10,060 bases of DNA from Polyangiaceae bacterium. Lineage in GTDB: Bacteria; Myxococcota_A; Polyangia; Polyangiales; Polyangiaceae. This document shows positions 1 to 8,198 of the stretch, piece after piece. The stretch is from positions 1 to 10,060 of the forward strand of contig JBGANF010000201.1 of the NCBI GenBank assembly GCA_044222475.1. Direction: 5' to 3'. How positions within the stretch are numbered: position 1 is the stretch's first letter; the number at the start of each line of letters is the position of its first letter. Below the pieces are notes generated by a model, which was given only the letters and a program-made list of their open reading frames with translations, was not told the origin of the DNA and did not search any database. The translations under genes were made by a program, and so were the position numbers.

Positions 1-221
1 TTGCATACTTCGTCCGCGACCGGCCGTGCATCGGCGGCGCGCTGGACGAAGCCAAGGACTCCGGCGCCGTAGCGATCGGTCACGTGGGCCGTGTCGCACG
101 GGCGGCCTTTGCCGTGCTCGAACCAGGCGAACGCGCGGGCGAGGTCGAGGATGGCGTCGCCGAGGACGATGCCGGCGCGGAGGTGGCCCTGGGGATCCGT
201 CTTGTACGTGACGAGCTTCAT
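1..221 (-). CDS. 5' part of a probable fumarylacetoacetate hydrolase (FAH) family protein, truncated by the window edge
   Basis: Manual translation from ATG (complement of cat, 219-221) gives MKLVTYKTDPQGHLRAGIVLGDAILDLARAFAWFEHGKGRPCDTAHVTDRYGAGVLGFVQRAADARPVADEVC with no stop before position 1. Third positions are mostly G/C and an SD-like AAGGGAG lies just upstream on the minus strand. The MKLVTY...RAGIV.GD.ILDL pattern resembles FAH-family N-termini, but the catalytic domain is outside the window, so the product call is tentative. Confidence 0.7.
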   Translation of the reverse strand, partial: MKLVTYKTDPQGHLRAGIVLGDAILDLARAFAWFEHGKGRPCDTAHVTDRYGAGVLGFVQRAADARPVADEVC

Positions 222-278
222 GTGTCGCTCCCTTTTCGCAAGCGGTGCGTGCTAAACGCAAGCGCGAACGGAACCGCC

Positions 279-752
279 GTGTATCTGCGTCTACCCAAAG
301 CTGCGATCGGGGTCCTGCGCGAGGTGGGCCGTCACGTGTTGCGACGGCCGGTCGTCGGAATCGCGGCGGTCGCCCGCGATCCCGACGGTCGCGTGCTCTT
401 GGTTCGCCGCGCGGACACGGGGACCTGGGCGCTGCCGGGCGGGACGCTCGAGTGGGGGGAGACGCTCGCGAGCACCTTGCCGAGGGAGCTCGACGAAGAG
501 TGCGGAGTCGCTGCGCCGACCGACGTGGAGGTCTGCGGGGTGTACTCGAGACCCGATCGGGATCCGCGGTTTCACGCGGTGACGATCGTGGTGCGCTGCC
601 GGGTGGCGGCGCCGGCGACGGGGCCGAAGAACCCGCTGGAGATCCGGGAGGCGAAGTTCTTCGCGGTCGAGGACGTCCCCAAAGAGCTCGCGATGGGGAT
701 GAGCGACATGCTGGCGACGGGGCTCGCGGCGGGACCCGTGACCCTCGAGTAA
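279..752 (+). CDS. NUDIX hydrolase (MutT/ADP-ribose pyrophosphatase-like)
   Basis: Complete Nudix box G-TLEWG-E-TLASTLP-RE-L-D-EE-C-G-V (GX5EX7REUXEEXGU), preceded by VLLVRR...WALPGG and followed by GVYSRPDRDPRFH. Start placed at in-frame GTG 279 because the longer 84 start would overlap the divergent gene. Stop TAA at 750-752. Confidence 0.92.
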   Translation: MYLRLPKAAIGVLREVGRHVLRRPVVGIAAVARDPDGRVLLVRRADTGTWALPGGTLEWGETLASTLPRELDEECGVAAPTDVEVCGVYSRPDRDPRFHAVTIVVRCRVAAPATGPKNPLEIREAKFFAVEDVPKELAMGMSDMLATGLAAGPVTLE

Positions 753-758
753 GAAGAC

Positions 759-851
759 GAATTCGGGGGAATGTGGAACAGGAATGGGAATGGGAACGGG
801 TCCACCTCCGACATTCCCGTTCCGATTCCTGTTCCACACTCCTCCGCATTC
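759..851. repeat. Long imperfect inverted repeat built from GGAAYN hexamers (REP-like element or possible terminator)
   Basis: Arm 772-798 (tgtggaacaggaatgggaatgggaacg) matches the reverse complement of 812-838 (tgtggaacaggaatcggaacgggaatg) at 24 of 27 positions. Pairing extends with mismatches to about 759/851. The element starts 6 nt after the NUDIX stop codon. Confidence 0.85.
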
Positions 852-866
852 TCTCCCTCTCTCGGG

Positions 867-892
867 AGAACTTTCGCGCCGTAGGCCCGTAC
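867..892 (+). promoter_or_regulatory. Candidate ECF sigma-factor promoter upstream of the kinase
   Basis: agAACtttcgcgccgtaggccCGTAc: AAC at 869-871, 16-nt spacer starting with a T tract, CGTA at 888-891. This fits the general ECF AAC-N16-CGT architecture and recurs at 1987-2012. Confidence 0.5.
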
Positions 893-902
893 GCCTGAAG
901 CA

Positions 903-2026
<1,124 letters not shown>

Positions 2027-2030
<4 letters not shown>

Positions 2031-3613
2031 AACTCCGCTCCGTCGTCGCCCTCACCCTCGTCATGACCGGCATCGGCTCGGCCGCCGCGTTCGCCGTCAC
2101 CCCCGCCGCGAAGCAGGCGAACGCCGACCGCCCCGGGCTCAACGCCCCGCCCGAGGCGCCGAAGCCGCCGCCGCTCCCGCCCTCGCACTTCCAGGGCTCC
2201 GGCACCCTCGCGATCGACGCGCGCCTCGGCCACGACTCCGTCGCCAAGGATGGCACCGGCGAGACCTACCTCATGGCGACCCTCACCGCCGGCGAGGCCA
2301 AGAACGTCGCGCCCCCGCTCAACGTCGCGCTCGTGATCGACAAGTCGGGCTCGATGAAGGGCGACCGCATCGCGCGCGCGCTCGAAGGCGCCGCCGGCAT
2401 CGTCGACCGCCTCCGCGAGGGTGACGTCGTCACCGTCGTCGCGTTCGACACCAAGGCCGACGTCGTCGTCGCGCCGACCGAGATCAAGGCGTCCAACAAG
2501 GGCGCCGTCACCACGAAGATCCGCGCGATCGCCCTCGGCGGCGACACCTGCATCTCGTGCGGCCTCGAGACCGCGATGGACGCGCTCAACGCCGCGCCGA
2601 CCAAGGGCCCGCACACGTCGCGCATGATCCTCCTCTCCGACGGCGTGACCAACAACGGCATCAAGGACATCCCCGGTCTCCGCGCGTTGGCCGGCAAGAT
2701 GCGCGACGGCGGCTTCACGATCAGCACGATCGGCGTCGACGTCGACTTCGACGAGAAGGTCATGGCGGCGATCGCCAACGAGTCGAACGGCAAGCACTAC
2801 TTCGTCTCCGACGTGTCCTCGCTCCCCGCCGTGTTCAACCAGGAGCTCGACTCGCTCCTCGCGACCGTCGCCAACGACGCCGAGGTCGAGCTGGATCTCG
2901 CGCCCGGCGTCGTCGTCGATCAGGTCTTCGACCGCACGTTCCGCCGCGAGGTCGACGGCTCCGGCGTGAAGGTGTTCGTCCCGATGGGCACGTTCGCCGG
3001 CAAGCAGGAGAAGACGCTGCTCCTGAAGCTCCGCGTCCCGGCCGACGCGATCGGCGAGGTCAAGGTCGCCGACATGCATGTAGTCTACAAGGACAAGGAA
3101 GCTGGCGTCGACGGCAACGTCGCCGGCTCGCTCACCGTGTCCGTCGTCGCGCCGGAGCTCGCCCAGAAGGATCTCGACCCGTTCGTCGCGACCCGCGTCG
3201 ACAAGAGCCTCACCGCGAGCACCCTCACCGAGGCGAACCTCCTCTTCGAGCAGGGCCGCGTCGACGAAGCGCGCGAGAAGCTCCGCGGCCGCTCGGCCGC
3301 GCTCCACGCGAGCGCCGCCCGGATCACGACCGCGACGAGCCTCGCTGGCGACACCAGCGTCGTCGCAGACCTCGAAGCGACCAACGAGCAGCAGGTCGCG
3401 CTCCTCGACAAGGCCGAGGCGAACTTCGCTCCCGCGTCGCGGTCGGCGGGCCCTGGCTTCCTCGGCGGCGCCACCGGCGCCGGCGGTGCCGCCGTGGCCG
3501 GGACCAAGGCGATGCCGAGAGCGGCGATGCCGATGGCCACGGCGACCTCCGCCCCGGCGGCGAAGGCGCAAGTCCGCGCGAATCAAGCGGCAGCGACCGA
3601 CCTCGGATTGTGA
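2027..3613 (+). CDS. von Willebrand factor A (vWA) domain protein with N-terminal signal peptide or membrane anchor, 528 aa
   Basis: Start reassigned from 1556 to ATG 2027 (ATGA coupling with the kinase). N-terminus MKLRSVVALTLVMTGIGSAAAFA is signal-like and followed by a Pro-rich linker. MIDAS elements LVIDKSGSM, GGDT and ILLSDG are present, then ISTIGVDVDFDEKVM and GKHYFV, a beta-rich then helical C-terminal region, and an Ala/Gly-rich tail. Confidence 0.93.
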
Positions 3614-3637
3614 TCGCCCGCCTCGCGTGGTCATAAT
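3608..3637 (+). promoter_or_regulatory. Possible sigma70-type promoter for the metallophosphoesterase gene
   Basis: TTGTGA (3608-3613), 18-nt spacer, CATAAT (3632-3637). The -10 ends 8 nt before TTG 3646. Confidence 0.35.
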
Positions 3638-3645
3638 GGACCACC

Positions 3646-5436
3646 TTGGCGACGTCTCCGATCGTTCCTCCAGCCCAAGACGCCGCGTCGGGACCACGGA
3701 AGCGATCGCGCGCCATCGGTCTCGAACGCGCGCCGAAGGACGCGCCGCTGCGGTCGTTCCGCCGAGGGCGCAAGCGCCCGCGCGCGATCGCCTGGTTCGG
3801 GTTCACCGCGTTCTGGGGTCACCTGCGGCACCTCGTGGCGTCGGCGATCGCGACCGAGAACATCGACTCGCGTCAGTGGATGGTCCCCGAGCGCGCCGAG
3901 GATCTGCTCGCTCGGTGCATCGCGATCCTCGGTGAAGCCGGCGCGAACCCGGCGCCGACCCTCGCCGCGGCGATGGGCGGCGAGGTGTGGATCGACTTCG
4001 TCGCCGACACCGGCGACGACGTGACCGTGAGCAAGGCGGTCGCGCAGCTCATCGCCCACGAGTACGAGCTCGACGACGGGCTGCACCTCCCGCGGGGCCA
4101 AGTGCTGATGCTCGGCGGCGATCTCGCGTACCCGGTGGCCACCGTGCGCGAGGTCACTCGACGCCTCGTGGAGCCGTGGAACGCCGTGTTCGAGGAAGCG
4201 GACGACGGCACGCCGCGCCTCCTGCTCGCCGTACCGGGCAACCACGATTGGTACGACGGCCTCGACGGCTTCGCGCGCCTCTGCCAGGCGCACTGCGACT
4301 TCGAGCGGCCGCCGCCGCGCCGCGAGACGCTGCACCCGGTCACCAACGAGCACCCCGTGCTCGCCTGGGTCGAGGCGTTCTCGCGCGGCGAGGCGGTCCG
4401 CAAGCCCGACGCGCTGTCGCTCTACGGGTACTTCCCGGCGCAGCGGACGAGCTACTTTCGCCTCCCGCTCGGGCGCGAGCTCTGCATGTGGGGGGTCGAT
4501 CGCCAGCTGAAGCAGATCGACGGTCGCCAACGCGACTTCTTCCGCAGCGCACCGCGCCACGGGCGCCTCGTCGTCCTCCCCGATCCGGCGCGCGCGTGGG
4601 GCGAAGATCGCCCGCACGGCGTGGCCTCCCTCGAGGCGCTCGATCTCGAGCCCGAGGGCCAGCGCCTCTACGTGCTCTCGGGTGACATCCATCACTACGA
4701 GCGCTCGGCTCATGGCGAGAGTCTCCACGTCGTCGCCGGAGGCGGCGGCGCATTCTTGCAAGGTGCACGCATCGCCGGCGGCGCCGGCTACCGCATCGAC
4801 GCCGAGTTCCCCGGACCCAAGGCGTCGGCCCGCATGCTCCGCGACCTGCCCCTTCACGTGGCGTCGGGCGGGGCAGGGTGGCTCATCGTCTGTCTGCTCG
4901 GGGCGCTCGAGGCGATGGCGTTGACCGCGCACCTCGAGGGCGGCATCCGCCTCTCCGCGCCGGTCGCGATCGCGATTGGGCTCCTCGTCACGATGAGCAC
5001 GGGCGGTCTCATCGGGTGGCGTCGCCATCGGTGGTTGCGCGTCGTCCCGTTCGCGACCTCGTTCGGAGCGCTGATCTCCGCGCTGCCGCTCGCGATCGGC
5101 GTGACCGTCGATCGAGTGGGCATGAGCGCGCTCGGACCGACCCTCGCGTCGCGCATCGCGGTCGTCACCGCCGCGTGGATCGCCGCGACCCTCGCGAGCG
5201 GCGTCGCGTTCGGCGCGATGTTGGCGACGCTCGCGCGCCTCGGTCTCAACCACGCGCAGCCCTTCGCCGCGCTCGGCATGCCGACCCACAAGCACATCGT
5301 GCGCATGCGCATCCGCGAGTCCGAGGACGAGACCGCCATCGACACCTTCGTCATCGGACAGGTCGATCCCGTCGGTGGCAGCCCACCGGTGCTCGTCGAT
5401 CGGTTCTCGTGGAGCGCGCGTGAGAAGAGCACGTGA
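3646..5436 (+). CDS. Calcineurin-like metallophosphoesterase family protein with about four C-terminal transmembrane helices
   Basis: Motifs WIDFVADTGD, LPRGQVLMLGGDLAYP, VPGNHDWYDGL, QRTSYFRLPL, LSGDIHHY and AGGGGAFL, then four hydrophobic segments and a short soluble tail. The exact start (TTG 3646) is uncertain. Confidence 0.85.
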   Translation: MATSPIVPPAQDAASGPRKRSRAIGLERAPKDAPLRSFRRGRKRPRAIAWFGFTAFWGHLRHLVASAIATENIDSRQWMVPERAEDLLARCIAILGEAGANPAPTLAAAMGGEVWIDFVADTGDDVTVSKAVAQLIAHEYELDDGLHLPRGQVLMLGGDLAYPVATVREVTRRLVEPWNAVFEEADDGTPRLLLAVPGNHDWYDGLDGFARLCQAHCDFERPPPRRETLHPVTNEHPVLAWVEAFSRGEAVRKPDALSLYGYFPAQRTSYFRLPLGRELCMWGVDRQLKQIDGRQRDFFRSAPRHGRLVVLPDPARAWGEDRPHGVASLEALDLEPEGQRLYVLSGDIHHYERSAHGESLHVVAGGGGAFLQGARIAGGAGYRIDAEFPGPKASARMLRDLPLHVASGGAGWLIVCLLGALEAMALTAHLEGGIRLSAPVAIAIGLLVTMSTGGLIGWRRHRWLRVVPFATSFGALISALPLAIGVTVDRVGMSALGPTLASRIAVVTAAWIAATLASGVAFGAMLATLARLGLNHAQPFAALGMPTHKHIVRMRIRESEDETAIDTFVIGQVDPVGGSPPVLVDRFSWSAREKST

Positions 5437-6829
5437 CGTCTTCGCGTGGTCGGCGCTCGCCGTCCTCTGCGCGTGCGGCGCCCGACCGAGCACGCCGAAA
5501 TCGTCGGTCCGATCCGACCTCCGCTACGTGGTCGACGTCACCAAAGCGCCGACCATCACGGTGAGCGCCCACCTCTCGACGACCGGTGCAGGCGTCGTCG
5601 AGGTCCCCGACGACATGGTCGCCACCGTCGTTTCGTTCGAGGTCGATCGCGGCGGTCGCTTCGTCGCGCTCCCGCTCGGGCAACGTTTCGACGTCCCCGA
5701 GTGCGTCCGCGAGTGCCGCTTCCGGTACACGATGGACCTGACCAGGGCCAACCGCAGCCTCGACACGGTCATGAGCTCCGAAGGCGGAGCGGTGTCGCCG
5801 ACCTACGCGTGGCTGGCGCGCCCGCGACCGCTGCCGGTGGGGACGACGCACGTCGCCGTCGATGCGCCGCGGCTCCCCGCGCCCGTGCCGGGGAGCGAGG
5901 CGTTCGTGGACGCTCGCGCGCACTCCGCCGCGATGGAGGGAGGCTTCTCGAACGACGATTTCAGCGAGGGGAGCTTCGCCGCGTTCGGCGCGATCCGCGT
6001 CGCGCCGATCAGCGCTCCCGGCGCGGAGATCGATCTCGTGCGGATCGGCACGCTGCCCAAGCTCGGCGAGCCGGGTCTCGTGCGGTGGGCGCGCGACGCG
6101 GCCGCGTGCGTGGCCCAGCTCTTCGGACATTTCCCGGTGAAGCGAGCGAGCGTCTTCGTCGTCCCGGTGAAGAACGCCGACGAGGTCGTGTTCGGGAAGG
6201 TGCTCTCGCTCGGCGGTCCGGCGGTCCTCGCGCTCACTGGCGAAGACCTCGTGGAAGGCGACATCCACGAAGACTGGGTGCTCGTGCACGAGATGATGCA
6301 CCTCGGAGCGCCGACCTTCAACGGACCGCTTCGCTGGCTCGGCGAAGGGACCGCCACGTACTACGAGGCGCTGCTGCGCACGCGGAGCGGGTGGCGAACA
6401 CCAAAGGCGCTCTGGGGCGAGTTCGCGCGATCGATGCCGCGGGGAGTCGCCGCCAAGGGACACGAGCGACCGCTCGACGAAGGCGAGGACATCGACGACG
6501 TGTACTGGGGCGGCGCGCTCTTCCTCTGGAACGCCGACGTCCGCTTGCGCGAGAAGGGCTCGTCTCTCGACGACGTGATGCGCGGCGTCCTCGCCGAAGG
6601 CGGCGACGGCACGCAGGTGTGGAGCATCGAGCGCTTCGTGGCGAGCGCCGCGCGCATCACGCACACGAACGTCATCGGCGATCTCTACGACGCGCACGGC
6701 CGCGGCGCGGCCCCGATCGATCTCCCGAAGCTGCTTGCGGACCTCGGGATCGAGGGCGCCGGCGACGCCGTCCGCTTCCACGACGATGCGCCCCTCGCCG
6801 CCATTCGCAAAGCGATCGAGCGGCAGTGA
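5420..6829 (+). CDS. Putative lipoprotein zinc metallopeptidase (gluzincin, M61 glycyl-aminopeptidase-like), 469 aa
   Basis: In-frame GTG 5420 with GGAG at 5411-5414. MRRARDVFAWSALAVLCAC gives a basic N-terminus, hydrophobic core and lipobox-like LCA-C. Zinc motif VHEMMHL, third-ligand motif WLGEGTATYY, and downstream VYWGGAL and SLDDVMR. Overlaps the previous gene by 17 nt. Confidence 0.82.
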   Translation: MRRARDVFAWSALAVLCACGARPSTPKSSVRSDLRYVVDVTKAPTITVSAHLSTTGAGVVEVPDDMVATVVSFEVDRGGRFVALPLGQRFDVPECVRECRFRYTMDLTRANRSLDTVMSSEGGAVSPTYAWLARPRPLPVGTTHVAVDAPRLPAPVPGSEAFVDARAHSAAMEGGFSNDDFSEGSFAAFGAIRVAPISAPGAEIDLVRIGTLPKLGEPGLVRWARDAAACVAQLFGHFPVKRASVFVVPVKNADEVVFGKVLSLGGPAVLALTGEDLVEGDIHEDWVLVHEMMHLGAPTFNGPLRWLGEGTATYYEALLRTRSGWRTPKALWGEFARSMPRGVAAKGHERPLDEGEDIDDVYWGGALFLWNADVRLREKGSSLDDVMRGVLAEGGDGTQVWSIERFVASAARITHTNVIGDLYDAHGRGAAPIDLPKLLADLGIEGAGDAVRFHDDAPLAAIRKAIERQ

Positions 6830-6854
6830 CACCTGTACGGATGTATCGTATATC
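6826..6854 (+). promoter_or_regulatory. Possible sigma70 promoter with a degenerate SOS-box-like palindrome in its spacer
   Basis: GTGACA (6826-6831), 17 nt, TATATC (6849-6854). The spacer contains CTGTAC-ggat-GTATCG (6833-6848). The 33-bp intergenic gap is AT-richer than its surroundings. Confidence 0.3.
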
Positions 6855-6862
6855 TGGGAGCC

Positions 6863-8152
6863 GTGTCGCTCCGAAGCCGCCTCGAAAGGCTCAAAATGCC
6901 GAGTCCGACGCCGGCATCCGACTCGCTGGCGTCGACCCTCGACGACCTCCGGACCCGCATGCAGGCCGTCTTGGAGCGTTCGGTCGAGAAGCGACCCGCG
7001 CGCGCCGTCGACGAGTCGGTCGAGCTCCCGTTCGTCGCCGAAGAGACTCCGTCGGGAGTCCGGCATCGGCGCGTGCTCGTCTTCGGAGGCTCGGCGCGGG
7101 TAGGGCGCGCACCCGTCACGATCGCGCGTGACGCCGACGCGCGACTGCTCTCGCTGCTGGCGCTCGACCCTTCGCTCCAGGGCATCTCGATGGAGCGTGC
7201 ACTCTACATCGATACGGAGACGACCGGCCTCTCGGGCGGTGCCGGCACGGTCGCGTTCCTCGTCGGGATCGCGCGCTTCGGTGCCGAAGGTCTCGTGGTC
7301 GAACAGCTGCTCGTGCGCCAGCTCGGTGAAGAGGCGCCGATGCTCGAGCTCCTCCGCGAGCGCATGGAGGAGGCCGACGTCCTCGTGTCGTTCAACGGCA
7401 AGGCGTTCGATCTCCCGCTCCTCCGCACGCGGTTCGTCCTGTCGCGGATCGAGCCGCCGACGCCGAAGCCCCACCTCGATCTGCTCCACGTCGCCCGGCG
7501 GCTCCACAAGCCGCGCGGCATCGACTGCCGGCTCGTGTCGCTCGAGGATCGCATCCTCGGGTTCGTTCGCCACGACGACTGCCCCAGCGGCGAGGTGAGC
7601 GGGCGATACTTGCATTTTCTCCGTACCGGCGACGCGCGCTCGCTGCTCGGCGTGATCGAGCACAACGCATGGGACGTCGTCACGATGGCCGCGCTCGTCG
7701 GCCTGTACGGCGAGCCCCTGTCGGGCACGCAGCTCCACCCCGGCGACCTGGTCGGCGTGGCTCGCACGCTCACCCGCGCCCGCGCCCACGACGACGCCAT
7801 CGAGGCGGCGAACCTCGCCGTCCTCGCCGGCGTCGGGCCCGAGTCGCTCCGCGCCCGCGCCGAGGTCCAGAAGGCCCGCGGCGATCGCGATCGCGCCCTC
7901 GCCGATCTCGAGGCGCTCCTCGCCGAGGCGCCGTGCGACCGAACCCGGCTCGATCTCGCGAAGCTCTACGAGCACTACATGAAGCAGCCCGATCGCGCGC
8001 TCGACCTCGTCGCCGCAGGCACGGCCGAGCCGGAGGCCGCTCAGGCGAAGCGGCGCGCGCGCCTCGAGCGAAAGCGCGACGCGCGACGCCAGCGCGAGCT
8101 GTTTCCGCGGACGAAGGCACCCCGTCCGGCAAAGTCCGTCAAGTCCGGCTGA
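6863..8152 (+). CDS. YprB/MrfB-like RNase H-fold (DEDD-type) exonuclease with C-terminal TPR-like helical repeats
   Basis: [72 protein letters not shown] and HNAWDV match the YprB-type RNase H-like domain. The C-terminal amphipathic helices include LAKLYEH...DRAL. Confidence 0.9.
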   Translation: MSLRSRLERLKMPSPTPASDSLASTLDDLRTRMQAVLERSVEKRPARAVDESVELPFVAEETPSGVRHRRVLVFGGSARVGRAPVTIARDADARLLSLLALDPSLQGISMERALYIDTETTGLSGGAGTVAFLVGIARFGAEGLVVEQLLVRQLGEEAPMLELLRERMEEADVLVSFNGKAFDLPLLRTRFVLSRIEPPTPKPHLDLLHVARRLHKPRGIDCRLVSLEDRILGFVRHDDCPSGEVSGRYLHFLRTGDARSLLGVIEHNAWDVVTMAALVGLYGEPLSGTQLHPGDLVGVARTLTRARAHDDAIEAANLAVLAGVGPESLRARAEVQKARGDRDRALADLEALLAEAPCDRTRLDLAKLYEHYMKQPDRALDLVAAGTAEPEAAQAKRRARLERKRDARRQRELFPRTKAPRPAKSVKSG

Positions 8153-8198
8153 CGCGCGCCGTCCGTCCTTTCGTGGTAATCACGCGGCGACGGCACCC

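Noticed and set aside
84..278. N-terminal extension of the NUDIX ORF as given in the track (start 84)
   Set aside because: It overlaps the better-supported minus-strand gene at 1-221 and reads like an antisense shadow. Nudix-like sequence starts after GTG 279.
768..835. Hexamer array considered as a CRISPR array or a short peptide gene (for example ORF 784-1071, or EQEWEWE / IPIPVP frames)
   Set aside because: Units are 6 bp with no spacers and no cas genes nearby. The dipeptide-repeat translations are a by-product of the DNA repeat.
852..869. Small hairpin tctccc-tctctc-gggaga followed by acttt as an intrinsic terminator
   Set aside because: Only a 6-bp stem with a 3-T tail, and it overlaps the candidate ECF -35. 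Too weak to call.
3420..3613. Ala/Gly/Met-rich tail of the vWA protein as a possible separate peptide or sorting signal
   Set aside because: No PEP-CTERM, MYXO-CTERM or LPXTG-like motif and no terminal membrane helix. It looks like a disordered linker before a final helix.
8153..8198. T-box riboswitch or attenuator upstream of leuS
   Set aside because: The gap is only 46 bp, too short for a T-box leader, and has no T-box consensus or terminator.
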